This document shows positions 19,368 to 29,958 of a DNA stretch of 64,000 nt, piece after piece. The DNA is taken from NCBI GenBank assembly GCA_965246715.1, contig CBDFFH010000025.1:1-64000 (forward strand). Direction: 5' to 3'. Within the stretch, counting starts at the first letter, position 1. Every line of letters begins with the position of its first letter. The DNA is from Chamaesiphon sp. (GTDB lineage: Bacteria; Cyanobacteriota; Cyanobacteriia; Cyanobacteriales; Chamaesiphonaceae). A model generated the notes under the pieces. It had not been told where the DNA came from, searched no databases, and saw only the letters and a list, made by a program, of their open reading frames with translations. The position numbers and the translations under genes were made by a program.

Positions 19368-20492
19368 TCAATACATCTCATATTTCATTAATTGGCAAGG
19401 CAATGTGCCATTGTAAACGGTCGTTCGTTCGGTAGAACGCAACCCGATCGATTTTGCTAATTCTTTATTTCCACTCAGCACGTAAGCCGTCCAACCCTTG
19501 AACCGATTCTTTAGGATATCGCCCAATAGTTTATAAAAAGCCCCCAAATCTTCACCGCGTCCCAGGCGTTCCCCATAAGGCGGATTGCAGAGCAAAATCC
19601 CTGTATCTGCTGGAGCTTCAACATCCGCTAGTTCGCGCACGGCAAAATCGATATAGCTACCCACACCGGATTTGAGCGCGTTAGACTGGGCTTGCTTAAT
19701 TACGTCATAATTACGATCGCTACCGACGATCGTTAACTGAAGATCGCGCTGTTCGTTTGCTTCAGCCTCTTTCAATAATCGATCGAATAAATCCGGATCG
19801 AAGTCTAGCCAGCGCTCGAAGCCAAAGCTTTCGCGAAATACGCCCGGAGCGATATGGAGTGCCTGCATCGTGGCTTCTAGGGGCAATGTACCCGAACCAC
19901 AGAGCGGATCGACGAAGGCTAAGTCCGGAGTCCAGCCGGACATTTTGACTAATGCAGCTGCTAGTGACTCTTTCAATGGTGCGTCGCCGACAGCAGTGCG
20001 ATAGCCACGACGGTGGAGGCTGCTTCCAGAGCTGTCTAGACTGACACTACAGAGATCTTTGTCGATATGGACGTTAATCCGGACATCGGGGTCGGCGATA
20101 TCGACATTCGATCGATCTCCAAATTGCTTGGTTTGTTGGGCGGTAATCGCGCGTTTGACTTGTACCGCTGTAAAATGACTATGGTTTAAAGTTTCATTTT
20201 TACCCGTCACGGTGACAGCCATCGTCAAATCTGGGGTAAGGTACTGTCCCCAATCGATACTTTGGATGCTTTCAAATAGTTCATTGTCATCGATACTGGG
20301 TAAGTCGCCGAGTTTTACTAATACGCGAAATGGCAACCGCGCCCACAGATTGATGCGATAGAGTAATTCGCGATCGCCATGAAACGAGACTCCACAAAAA
20401 CCAGGAGCGATATCTGTTGCGCCGATTTCGGTTAGTTCTGCTGCGGCTAGTTGTTCCAAGCCTCTGGCTACTGTTGCAAAGTATTCAGTCAT
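19368..20492 (-). CDS. THUMP-domain rRNA m2G methyltransferase (RlmL-like)
   Basis: SLHRRGYR, APLKESLAA, DPLCGSGT, NPPYGERL motifs. Confidence 0.9.
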   Translation of the reverse strand: MTEYFATVARGLEQLAAAELTEIGATDIAPGFCGVSFHGDRELLYRINLWARLPFRVLVKLGDLPSIDDNELFESIQSIDWGQYLTPDLTMAVTVTGKNETLNHSHFTAVQVKRAITAQQTKQFGDRSNVDIADPDVRINVHIDKDLCSVSLDSSGSSLHRRGYRTAVGDAPLKESLAAALVKMSGWTPDLAFVDPLCGSGTLPLEATMQALHIAPGVFRESFGFERWLDFDPDLFDRLLKEAEANEQRDLQLTIVGSDRNYDVIKQAQSNALKSGVGSYIDFAVRELADVEAPADTGILLCNPPYGERLGRGEDLGAFYKLLGDILKNRFKGWTAYVLSGNKELAKSIGLRSTERTTVYNGTLPCQLMKYEMY

Positions 20493-20581
20493 CTTCAGTC
20501 ACTAAAATTTGGGCGATGCCAGATGGGTTCGCTAATGACAAATCATCTATATTCTAGATAGCTTGTAATGGTCTTAGGCTA

Positions 20582-20655
20582 CGGGTGAAGAGGGACTTGA
20601 ACCCCCGACCGACTGCTTAGAAGGCAGTTGCTCTATCCGACTGAGCTATTCACCC
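20582..20655 (-). tRNA. trnR: tRNA-Arg(UCU)
   Basis: Reverse complement GGGTGAATAGCTCAGTCGGATAGAGCAACTGCCTTCTAAGCAGTCGGTCGGGGGTTCAAGTCCCTCTTCACCCG; cloverleaf, anticodon TCT, CCA not encoded. Confidence 0.96.
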
Positions 20656-20822
20656 ACATTAGCCCAGTATTATAGCACACTTTAATGACGATTGCAGCGA
20701 TCGCAAGTTTTAGATCGAGCAAAATATCCCAACCCGCAAGATTTAGTTCGGCAATAATACTGTAGGTATTATCCAGCGATTCGAGATTAAATATTATCAA
20801 CTATTTTTTCTCGATCGAAGAT

Positions 20823-21509
20823 ATGCCAGTTATTGAGTCCCAACTAGTTAAAATCGGGATCGCTACTATTGCTGGCGGTAAAAAATCGGTATTGAGACTC
20901 AATTATCAATCGCAACTCTACGATCTAGTTCGGGTTTTTGCCATTCATAAACTCGAATCAACCGCTCCGAGTCTACCCGATCGCCTCGAGCAAAAATTGC
21001 AGCAATTTCTGGGAGTCCGATCGCGTGATGCTGTCAGAAATGCGTTAGCAAATGGGTATTTACTGGTGCGAGAGATCGGCTACTACTCGCTATGGCAGAT
21101 AGCGCGAACGACTCTAACCATGGTAGATTCCAGCGTTCGCTCCGAGCGCGAAGGAGCGGGTAAGTTCGCATTGCAGCAAGCTAGCATTTGGCTATTTCAA
21201 GAATTATGGCTCCAGTTAGACGAATTATTAGGCGATCGACAATTGCAGCTATTGAGTAAGAGTTTAATTACCGTCACGCCCCATGTGCGCTCGTGGGTGG
21301 ATCTCGAGCGATTATCTACACTCGATCCGTTGACAGCCCAAGAATTAACAGCTTGGTCTGAGGAAGACTCGATCGCTTTCACTCGCGAACTTTATCATCT
21401 AACTCAGAAAAAGCTCGGCCATGAATTTGGTACCAAATTGACGATCGAGATCGTCCGATCGATGCCAGATGCCCTCAGCCAGACCTTAGCACGTGTTTTA
21501 AATCTCTAA
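20823..21509 (+). CDS. Hypothetical protein
   Basis: 228-aa ORF, first of three co-oriented genes. Confidence 0.75.
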   Translation: MPVIESQLVKIGIATIAGGKKSVLRLNYQSQLYDLVRVFAIHKLESTAPSLPDRLEQKLQQFLGVRSRDAVRNALANGYLLVREIGYYSLWQIARTTLTMVDSSVRSEREGAGKFALQQASIWLFQELWLQLDELLGDRQLQLLSKSLITVTPHVRSWVDLERLSTLDPLTAQELTAWSEEDSIAFTRELYHLTQKKLGHEFGTKLTIEIVRSMPDALSQTLARVLNL

Positions 21510-21551
21510 TCTTAATTTCGCCCCCTGCTCCTCTATTCTTTCACTTTTAAT

Positions 21552-22574
21552 ATGAATAAATTATCGCCAACCGACTTAGAGCGGCAAACTTGGATTAAAG
21601 GGGAATATGTTACTTATGGGGGCATAATTTGGTCGGTGCTGGCGTTGATTTTGTATCTTAATTTTAGTGTCGTCGATCCTGGTAGTGCGCGTTCTACTTG
21701 GTTTATCATCACGACCATGGGATTTGAAGAAATTGGGTTGTTAGTAGCGGGACTGTTGTGTTGGCGCAACTGGCAAAGTGATTATATTCCTAGCGGTAGA
21801 GCAGTATGGCTGTTATTTGCGATCGCGATGGTTGCTTTTTTTATCGGAAATTTGTGCTTTAGTTTGTGGGAATTAATCTGGGGACTAGATCCAGCCGCTT
21901 CAGCCGGAAATCCTTTTTTTGTTTTATTTTATTTAATGCTGATTGGTGGAGTGCGACTGGCGATTCTCGATCGAGATGTTCGGTTGGCAGGGCAGCAATG
22001 GGCGGCAGTGGTGAGTGTCGCTACCTGCGGGCTAGTTATCGGTTGTTGGTTGACTACAGTTTCGGCTAGAGCGGAGTTATCAACTGCTCAGTCACCATTG
22101 GCGATCGATCGGCAAGTTGAATTCCCGCACCAAGATGGCCTGATGTTGGGCACTAGTACGCCACTGAGGCTCGCTCCCGCTATGCCCACAGTTGTATCCC
22201 CAGCTTATCCACAGCAGCCTAGCTGGGTCTTGACGGTCGATCGCTGGATGCGGCCACTTGTGAGTACCTTCAATCTGTTCTACGTCCTCTGCGACCTGAT
22301 CTTGCTCGTGTTTGCAGCGATTCTATTTTTAGGATTCTGGGGCGGTCAAATGGGTTTGCCGTGGCGAATGACCGCTCAAGCTGTATTATGTTTTTATATT
22401 GCCGATACTTGGTTTGCATATGCCAATAATCAAGTGCAAGGATATCAAAGTGGCTCTATCATGGAAGTGTTCTGGGTTTTTGGCATCGTGCAGTTTGGCA
22501 TCGCTGCTGCGTTAGAATTTGATAACTCCATTCGTGCTCGCCGTCTAGCTCGCCGACGGACTGCTATTAAATAA
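21552..22574 (+). CDS. Multi-pass membrane protein of unknown function
   Basis: About 8 hydrophobic segments; FWGG..GLPW and YIADTWF motifs. Confidence 0.8.
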   Translation: MNKLSPTDLERQTWIKGEYVTYGGIIWSVLALILYLNFSVVDPGSARSTWFIITTMGFEEIGLLVAGLLCWRNWQSDYIPSGRAVWLLFAIAMVAFFIGNLCFSLWELIWGLDPAASAGNPFFVLFYLMLIGGVRLAILDRDVRLAGQQWAAVVSVATCGLVIGCWLTTVSARAELSTAQSPLAIDRQVEFPHQDGLMLGTSTPLRLAPAMPTVVSPAYPQQPSWVLTVDRWMRPLVSTFNLFYVLCDLILLVFAAILFLGFWGGQMGLPWRMTAQAVLCFYIADTWFAYANNQVQGYQSGSIMEVFWVFGIVQFGIAAALEFDNSIRARRLARRRTAIK

Positions 22575-22576
22575 AT

Positions 22577-23974
22577 ATGAGTCCTAAAAAAATTACCGAT
22601 GCAGATAAATTAGAGATTGTCGATCTCTATCGTCAGTCTGGAGAGACTACCGCATCTCTGGCAATTCGTTATGGAGTCAGCAATTCTACGATCAGCCGTC
22701 TGCTCAAAACGAGTATTCATGAGGATGAATACGAGCTACTGATCCAGCAAAAACGCGGAGCCAAAGCAGGTAGCGAAGAAAGTTTAGTGGCAATTGCTGG
22801 TGCAGACGGTCAACCGTTCGATGAGCCGATACTAATCTCACCAGTGGCGAGCGGCATCGCAGTAGACAGCAATTTTGGTGAAGCTGGATTGGAAGAGAGC
22901 AACATTCGATCGCCAGAGATTGTGGCTGAAACCTCGATCGATCCACCAGAAATCCCCTCGCTCCAAACCCAAGAAAATTTATTCGACGTAGAAAGCAAGA
23001 CAATAGCGGCTTCGACTCAGCGCGAGCGCGATTTTGAGGCTAAATCTCCACCGCAATCGGCTGTCGCAGTTCGGGAGAGTAGCGTTTCACAGCTGCCAAC
23101 AGCCAGCATGACTGACGAACAAAGTGCCAGTAAACGTCTGGTACGTCGTCGCTCTTCAGCACGACTGGATGATGTCACTCCAGCATTAGTCAGTGCCGAA
23201 ACCAGTCCGACAACAGATTTCGATCGATCGGAAGTGGAAAACTCAGCTCGCGTCACAACTCCAGCAAATTTATCCACCAACGATCTCCGTGATTCCACAG
23301 TAGAGATCGTACCTTCTACTGCCAAGAGTATCAGAACCCGCGTCTCGCAGATGCCAGTATTGCGGGGCGTAGTTGGTAACCGAGATGACTACTTTGCTGA
23401 GTCAGTCGCGCCTACTGCCAGTGAAGCGCCACGAGAGCTGTCAGAAAACTCTGGCATCGACCGCGATAAAACAGGTGGCAAACTATTCGAGGAGGAGATT
23501 GAAGAAGATGTCGAGGATGTCAATGTCCTAGCAGCAATGTTTGGCGAAGAAATTGCCGAAGGGGATGATGAGGATGACGAAGATGACGATTGGGAGGAAG
23601 AATCTGTAAGTATCGATGGATTTAGCGATCGAGATTTGTTGTTAACTGGCGATCGATCTCACCTCCAAGTTACACCACTCTCGCAAGCTACGCTCCCACG
23701 TACCTGTTATATCGTCATCGACAAGTTTGCCGAATTGATCGTGCGTCCGCTCAAGGATTTTGCGGAATTAGGACAGATTCCTGGCGAAGAAATCCAGCAG
23801 CGCACCTTACCGATTTTTGACAATCACCGTGTCGCCAAACGCTTCTCTAATCAGCGCACGCAACGGGTAATTAAGGTGCCAGATAGCCGCGTATTCCAGA
23901 AAACGATCGGTCACTTGCGATCGAAAGGAATTGCCAGATTACTAGTAGATGGCAATATTTACTCACTTAACTAA
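22577..23974 (+). CDS. N-terminal HTH protein with acidic disordered linker and a folded-looking C-terminal domain
   Basis: ETTASLAIRYGVSNSTISRLLK HTH; D/E-rich tract; C-terminal LPRTCYIVID...LPIFDNHRVAKRFS. Confidence 0.8.
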   Translation: MSPKKITDADKLEIVDLYRQSGETTASLAIRYGVSNSTISRLLKTSIHEDEYELLIQQKRGAKAGSEESLVAIAGADGQPFDEPILISPVASGIAVDSNFGEAGLEESNIRSPEIVAETSIDPPEIPSLQTQENLFDVESKTIAASTQRERDFEAKSPPQSAVAVRESSVSQLPTASMTDEQSASKRLVRRRSSARLDDVTPALVSAETSPTTDFDRSEVENSARVTTPANLSTNDLRDSTVEIVPSTAKSIRTRVSQMPVLRGVVGNRDDYFAESVAPTASEAPRELSENSGIDRDKTGGKLFEEEIEEDVEDVNVLAAMFGEEIAEGDDEDDEDDDWEEESVSIDGFSDRDLLLTGDRSHLQVTPLSQATLPRTCYIVIDKFAELIVRPLKDFAELGQIPGEEIQQRTLPIFDNHRVAKRFSNQRTQRVIKVPDSRVFQKTIGHLRSKGIARLLVDGNIYSLN

Positions 23975-24116
23975 CGCTCGTAGTAGCGGCGGCAATGCCG
24001 GGAATCGAAATTAGTAGATCTCTTTATGCTGGCCGTAAATCCGCACAAAATCTGGCAATTACCTGGGCATCTGCACGCGAGATAACCCGATCGTGCGGAT
24101 GCTGGGATATCACTCT

Positions 24117-25415
24117 CTAACCAGCATAAAAACAGCGATCGGGATTGAGAATGTTGTCAGGATCGAACTGTTGTTTGATGGCACGCATCAGCGGTACGGC
24201 ATTACCGCGATAGCCCCAGACATCGATTTGGCGTTTGACAGCTTCAGGCGCTTGTAGCACGGAGAGATAACCACCGGCTGTCTCACACTCATTCCGAAGG
24301 GGAAAAATATCGCTCGATCGCTCGATCGCACAGGCTCCAATCCCGCTACTGAGATGGATTACACCGCGTGCGGTATTGTCAGTGAGTCGATCGAGTGTGG
24401 CGATTGTGGCGACAGCAGCAGTCGATCTCACGCCTAGTTTACAGGCGATTGGCGTAGTTCCCCAAATTCCCGTCTGAATCCCGCGCCAGAGATTACTTGC
24501 TGGTGCTGCTTGCCAGCTCCCACCTTTAACGCCAAGTCCTCGTGCCAGATTCAGCAATTGCGCTGACTGCTGGGCGATACTTTCGGGAATAGTGGCAAAT
24601 TTGACGACGAGACTGGGTGTATTACTAATCTCCAGATGCTGGCTGAATGCGGTAGAGAGCACGTCTACGGCGACCGGTGTTAAAGTACTCTTTAGCAATA
24701 TTTTCGCTACCTCTACGAGCTTGGATGCCTCTCCAGTGAGGATGACGGTGCCAGAATGAGCGGGGAGTGGATACACCCGAAAAGTAACTTCAGTCAAAAC
24801 TCCCAGCGTGCCATAGGAGCCAGTAAATAACTTCATCATGTCGTAGCCAGCGACGTTTTTGACGACTCTGCCCCCAGCCTTCGCCATTTTGCCATCAGCA
24901 CGGACAAAATTTATGCCTAATAGTAGGTCGCGCACGCCCCCATAACGATGCCGGAGTGAACCTGCATCGGCAGTGGCAATAATGCCGCCAATCGTCGCGC
25001 GATCGGGATAAGCTGGGTCGAGTGGTAAAAACTGTTGTGCGGTAGCCAAAATCTGCTGCAAGCGATCGAACTTCATCCCGGCTTCGACCGTAACTGTTAA
25101 ATCGCCAACGGCATGGTCGATGAGTCGATCGAGTTTTTGGGTGCTAATAGTGGTCTTGGCACCTGTCACACAGCCGCCCCAGTCGGATTTACTCTGATTT
25201 CCAGCAACTAAAATTGGCGATTTGGTGTGGTGAGCGATGCGAACTAATTCGGCGAGTTCGGATGCTGTCGCTGGCAGATCCTTGGCGCAGCCGTTCTGAG
25301 GGAGTATCGGTAAAACGAGATCGTCAGTGCTGTCGCCCATAAAAGTTGTGTTCCGGTCGGAATATGTGAGAGTAAAGTGGCTATCTGCTGGCAATTCATT
25401 TCGCGCCACCAACAC
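24117..25415 (-). CDS. glcE: FAD-binding oxidoreductase, glycolate oxidase GlcE-like (true start may be near 25340)
   Basis: DLTVTVEAG, ATIGG, GGRVVKNVAGYD, GSYGTLG, FDPDNILNP motifs. Confidence 0.85.
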   Translation of the reverse strand: MLVARNELPADSHFTLTYSDRNTTFMGDSTDDLVLPILPQNGCAKDLPATASELAELVRIAHHTKSPILVAGNQSKSDWGGCVTGAKTTISTQKLDRLIDHAVGDLTVTVEAGMKFDRLQQILATAQQFLPLDPAYPDRATIGGIIATADAGSLRHRYGGVRDLLLGINFVRADGKMAKAGGRVVKNVAGYDMMKLFTGSYGTLGVLTEVTFRVYPLPAHSGTVILTGEASKLVEVAKILLKSTLTPVAVDVLSTAFSQHLEISNTPSLVVKFATIPESIAQQSAQLLNLARGLGVKGGSWQAAPASNLWRGIQTGIWGTTPIACKLGVRSTAAVATIATLDRLTDNTARGVIHLSSGIGACAIERSSDIFPLRNECETAGGYLSVLQAPEAVKRQIDVWGYRGNAVPLMRAIKQQFDPDNILNPDRCFYAG

Positions 25416-25761
25416 AAGGCAATATTTTAGAGCATAATTAATCTAGTGCAACATCATCCCAATCGAGCGACGAATAGAGCATCGAAGTCCAGCTTACCGC
25501 ATTCGCACCCTGGATGACTTCCCGAACGAGATGTGGAGAGCGTGACCCAGCACGATTTAATTAGTTAGAGCAAAGTTTCTCGATCCCAACGTAAACATGT
25601 TCCAACCCTCCCCTATCAAGGGAAATAAATAACAAGTTTTTCCGTCCCTTCAAGCTTCCGTCCATTTGAGGCGCAGAAAATCTCTCCGATCTGAAACACT
25701 TGCACCAGTTATCCTCGATGTGATTTCAATCCCAAATCCCAAATCCAAAATCCCAAATCGA

Positions 25762-27642
25762 ATGACAGTTGTCGACAGTAATCGAGTAGAGACGATCCAG
25801 TTTACGATCGAGCCAGAATCGCTAGCGGAAATTACGCGGACTCTAGGTGCTGATGGTAGTAGACTGTTACTTCTTGCCGAACCCTGTGCTCGTCGCGCTC
25901 AAATCTTTACCCATGGAGTACAACCAAAAACGGCCACCCCGATCGAAAAAAATCATTTGTGGCAGGAGCTATTATACGAGGGATCTGCCGAACGCCAGCG
26001 CGTTGGTGTCGTTACTGCCGCTAACTTGGTAGCAGCTAATCCAACCGCGAATCACATCCGCCAAATCGAGAGTATCGCCCATCAACCACAGCTAGAACTG
26101 CTGCTCGAATCATTTGCGACAGTTGGGATCGAGTCGCTGTTAATCTTGCCATTGAGCTACGCGCGCCAATGTGTGGGTTGTCTGACGTTATTTAGATCTA
26201 CGCCTTCGCCTGCTGGAGATTACGGTTGGACGATCGAGGAATCAAATTTAGCCCAAAGTCTGGCGATGCAATTATATCTCAGTGTGATGCACAGACGAGT
26301 CAAACAGATGTTCGGCGATCGGGTGTATTACGATCTGCTGACTGGCTTGCCCAATCGGTTGTTTCTGCACCAACAACTGACCCTCGAACTAGCAAAAATG
26401 CAGTCAGCCGATCGAGTTTTAGCAGTTATATTTCTCGATTTGGATCGATTTAAAAATATTAATGATAGTCTCGGTCATGGTTTTGGCGATCGCTTGCTGC
26501 AATTAATTGCTGAGCGCCTACAACAAGTACTCCAACCCACAGCCATCGTCGGCCGTTGGAGTGGCGATGAATTTATGTTATTAATACCCGATCTCGATAA
26601 CGTATCGGTAGTGAGTGAAATTGCCGAGCGGATCTTGCAGTGCTTCGAGCGTCCGTTTGTCTTCGCGCAAAGTTTTCCGAGATTGAAAACTAACTCAGTA
26701 TATGTCAAAGCAAGTATGGGAATTGCGATTGCTACCGATCGCGATGTCGATTTAGAAAGTATGCTCAAGGATGCCGATACCGCCCTCGGTCGGGCAAAGC
26801 AAAGTGGGAAGAATAATTATCAGATTTACAATAATGCTACCGCAAGTCAATCGATCGATCCATTTCAATTAGAAAATATTCTCTATCGGGCGATCGACGA
26901 TCGGCAATTAATCTTGCATTATCAGCCACAAATCGATCTTAAAACCGGAAGAGTTGTAGGTGTCGAATCATTATTGCGCTGTAAAAATCTGGCCGATCGC
27001 GCGATCGGCCCCGATTTATTCATTCCGATTGCTGAAGAAACTGGCTCGATTTTACCGATTGGTGAATGGGTTTTACGCACTGCTTGTCAGCAAAATAAGT
27101 TATGGCAAGAAATGGGCTTAGGATACTTTCCGATCGCGATTAATTTTTCGCTCGGGCAACTGCAAGATTGCAAGCTGCTCTCCCGAATTATCGATATTTT
27201 AGCTGAGACTGGTCTCCCGCCTACTTATTTAGAAATAGAAATTACCGAAAGTACGGCGATCGACGATCTACCATTAACAATCTCAATTTTGGCAGGCTTA
27301 CAAAAAATCGGGGTAAAAATTTCACTAGATGATTTTGGTACGGGATTTTCTTCGTTAGCCGCTCTCAAATATTTACCACTCGATCGGCTGAAGATAGATC
27401 GATTATTCATTCAACAACTCAGTGCTAATAGTGTCGATGCAGCGATTGTCAAAACTATTGTTAATTTAGGTCGCGAACTAAATCTTAATGTCATTGCCGA
27501 GGGCGTAGAAACAGTGAAACAACTAGAATTTTTACGCTCGATCGATTGTGATGCCGTTCAGGGTTTCTTATTTAGCCGCCCGTTACCCGCAGTAGAGCTA
27601 GAACCACTAATTACTAATGGCTATTGGCACGATCGCCGCTAA
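25762..27642 (+). CDS. GAF-GGDEF-EAL c-di-GMP signalling protein
   Basis: DLLTGLPNR, FKNINDSLGH, SGDEF, ESLLR, LDDFGTGFSS, AEGVET, QGFLFS; ATG at 25762 preferred over the track's TTG. Confidence 0.9.
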   Translation: MTVVDSNRVETIQFTIEPESLAEITRTLGADGSRLLLLAEPCARRAQIFTHGVQPKTATPIEKNHLWQELLYEGSAERQRVGVVTAANLVAANPTANHIRQIESIAHQPQLELLLESFATVGIESLLILPLSYARQCVGCLTLFRSTPSPAGDYGWTIEESNLAQSLAMQLYLSVMHRRVKQMFGDRVYYDLLTGLPNRLFLHQQLTLELAKMQSADRVLAVIFLDLDRFKNINDSLGHGFGDRLLQLIAERLQQVLQPTAIVGRWSGDEFMLLIPDLDNVSVVSEIAERILQCFERPFVFAQSFPRLKTNSVYVKASMGIAIATDRDVDLESMLKDADTALGRAKQSGKNNYQIYNNATASQSIDPFQLENILYRAIDDRQLILHYQPQIDLKTGRVVGVESLLRCKNLADRAIGPDLFIPIAEETGSILPIGEWVLRTACQQNKLWQEMGLGYFPIAINFSLGQLQDCKLLSRIIDILAETGLPPTYLEIEITESTAIDDLPLTISILAGLQKIGVKISLDDFGTGFSSLAALKYLPLDRLKIDRLFIQQLSANSVDAAIVKTIVNLGRELNLNVIAEGVETVKQLEFLRSIDCDAVQGFLFSRPLPAVELEPLITNGYWHDRR

Positions 27643-27952
27643 TAAAATTAAGATCTATTCGCTTGCTATAAATATTTATTGACAAGTATTTCTTATTTTT
27701 GGCACATCAATGAATGCTTCGTGAGATTAGAACCGTTTTATTTATTATCCTGAAAAATTCATAAATTTTCAGCTGATACAATTGTTTGAAGCTTATCTTG
27801 AAAAGTCTCACGATCGAGTAAATAAGCGCGAGCGTCACTTCAAGCTGTCATTTAAACCAGCTAAATCATATCGTTCATTCAAAAAAAGGCTATAGTATTT
27901 AAGAACTCCCACCTCAAAATTCATAACTCGTCATTCATAATTCATAATTCAT

Positions 27953-28312
27953 ATGTCCTCACTTCAAGTTTATGGAATTCCTACCTGTGGTACTTGCAAA
28001 AAAGCGCTTCAATGGCTAGATGCACAGGAAATTAGTTATGAATTTATCAACACCAAGGAACAGCCACCGAGTGCGGAACAAATAGCTAGTTGGGTTGAAA
28101 GCTTGGGCTATCAACCCATGCGAAATACTTCCGGTCAATCCTACCGCGCGTTGGATGAAACTAAAGATAAGTGGCAGGATACCGACTGGGTAACAGCTTT
28201 TAGCGATGATGTGATGTTACTAAAACGTCCTTTATTCGTAAAAAATGGCCGAGCTATTGCCGTTGGTTTCCGCAATCCGACCGAAATCGAACAACGATTG
28301 GAAGCTAGTTAA
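27953..28312 (+). CDS. ArsC/Spx/MgsR family protein
   Basis: YGIPTCGTCKKA CxxC motif, LLKRP. Confidence 0.88.
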   Translation: MSSLQVYGIPTCGTCKKALQWLDAQEISYEFINTKEQPPSAEQIASWVESLGYQPMRNTSGQSYRALDETKDKWQDTDWVTAFSDDVMLLKRPLFVKNGRAIAVGFRNPTEIEQRLEAS

Positions 28313-28430
28313 TTCTTTAAACTTCATTTAGCTTCATTCAACAGGCGAGCATTGCTTGCCTGATAAAGTGCTTGAAAAGCCCGAATATCGCCCCTAAATG
28401 TCGATCCAGTAGCTAGTCTATAGCTACTAA

Positions 28431-29879
28431 CTAGTTAGTCTTCTGATTGAGTGACTTATACGTTTGCTCCTTTTGCACCCAATCGCGACCTAGCTTGATT
28501 GTCACATCAGAGTAGAGATTGCCCGAACTATCGACCTTGACTTCTCCAAAGCCTAATAAATTCGATAAACCTTGAGCTACCTCCGGATTGCCCTTTTGAG
28601 CGACAAATTCGGTGGTCTTTAAGTCTTCTTTGAGTTTGAGATTGGTATCGAGATGGACGTTTTGATAACCCGCTTTATTTAGTCGCTTGACTAATCGAGC
28701 GGTCGCGTCTGGGAAATGACTGGTATCTTGAATATTAATCCGCAGACTTGCCACTTTCGGTTGTTCGATCGTCAGCGTACCGCGATCGAAATACCTCGCC
28801 ATCATATTTTGAATCCCCTTCTCATCGGGCAGCCAGTAACTAATCTCATGTTTGCCGTCACCATTATAATCACCCGGCATCATCAACATCTGCATCTTGG
28901 ACTTGCCATTGTGCATCATAAAGCCACCCACGGCGAGTAATTCTTCGACGGTAAGATTGGTATCGACGTGGGATTGGATTACTGAAAATAGTTGAGGAAT
29001 TCGCGTAATCGTCACTGGATTGAGCGATTGTTCGATCAATGCCTTAACGACCATCTGCTGGCGCTGCATCCGCCCGATATCGCCATTTGCATCGTGCCGG
29101 TAGCGGAGCAATCCGAGCAATTTCATCCCATCGAGATGTTGTTTGCCAGCTTTGAGATTGACATAAAAATGCTGCGAGTCATCTTGATATTTAATATCTT
29201 TCGGCACGGTAACGGTTACACCACCTAACTCATCGATGAGTTTCGCTACACCCAGATTATTGAGGCGAATGTACCGATCGATCGCGACACCACCCAAAAC
29301 CTTACTGACTTCCTTCGCGGCAGCAGCAGGGCCGCTTTCGTGGTCGACAGCATTAATCTTTTCTGTCCCATGTCCGGTGCGTTCGATCTTCGTATCGCGG
29401 GGAATCCCCAGAATTACCGTCCGCTGGGTTTGCGGGTCGAATCGCAGCAGCATGATCGTATCGGACAGGCCATCTAGGGAATCGACCTCTGCGTCATAGC
29501 CAGTTTTTTTCCGAGTACTACCGTCGCTGTTTTTGACATCGGAGAGATTAGTCTTAATCCCCAAAAGTAAGATATTTACAGGTTTGGAAACTTCGGGAAC
29601 CTGTAACAAATTCCTAGAAAAAGCTTCTTTGCCATTTTGATTGAAAAATGCGGCATCTGCCGCAGAAAGCGTCCGTTGTTGCAGTGGTGCAGCAGTGAGC
29701 GAGACAGCTAAAAAGGCACCAGCAGCAGCCGAAAGCGCACCGAGACCGCCCATGACTAGCCAGACCCATAATGGCATTTTGTGATGCTTTTTGGCCTGCT
29801 GGCGGCGTACCATTGGCGGTTGAGATTTTGCCGATTTGCGGCGCTGCCGATCGATTTTTCTAGCTTCCACTTTACTCAC
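28431..29879 (-). CDS. LCP (LytR-CpsA-Psr) family protein
   Basis: N-terminal TM segment; SDTIMLL, IPRDT, KINA, RYRHD..GDIGRMQRQQ; LytR C-terminal domain. Confidence 0.92.
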   Translation of the reverse strand: MSKVEARKIDRQRRKSAKSQPPMVRRQQAKKHHKMPLWVWLVMGGLGALSAAAGAFLAVSLTAAPLQQRTLSAADAAFFNQNGKEAFSRNLLQVPEVSKPVNILLLGIKTNLSDVKNSDGSTRKKTGYDAEVDSLDGLSDTIMLLRFDPQTQRTVILGIPRDTKIERTGHGTEKINAVDHESGPAAAAKEVSKVLGGVAIDRYIRLNNLGVAKLIDELGGVTVTVPKDIKYQDDSQHFYVNLKAGKQHLDGMKLLGLLRYRHDANGDIGRMQRQQMVVKALIEQSLNPVTITRIPQLFSVIQSHVDTNLTVEELLAVGGFMMHNGKSKMQMLMMPGDYNGDGKHEISYWLPDEKGIQNMMARYFDRGTLTIEQPKVASLRINIQDTSHFPDATARLVKRLNKAGYQNVHLDTNLKLKEDLKTTEFVAQKGNPEVAQGLSNLLGFGEVKVDSSGNLYSDVTIKLGRDWVQKEQTYKSLNQKTN

Positions 29880-29958
29880 AGTTTAATTAATTGGGGTGGG
29901 GTATAAATAATTGCTGTCGTGGTCGTCTTTAAATTGTCTTTCGTAGTCGTGGTGGTTT

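Noticed and set aside
20582..20655. tRNA-Arg as attachment site for the left-hand accessory region
   Set aside because: No integrase and no duplicated tRNA 3' end seen; a housekeeping methylase lies directly downstream.
22577..23974. Transposase call from the N-terminal HTH
   Set aside because: No DDE domain, terminal repeats or target duplication; sits in an operon-like context.
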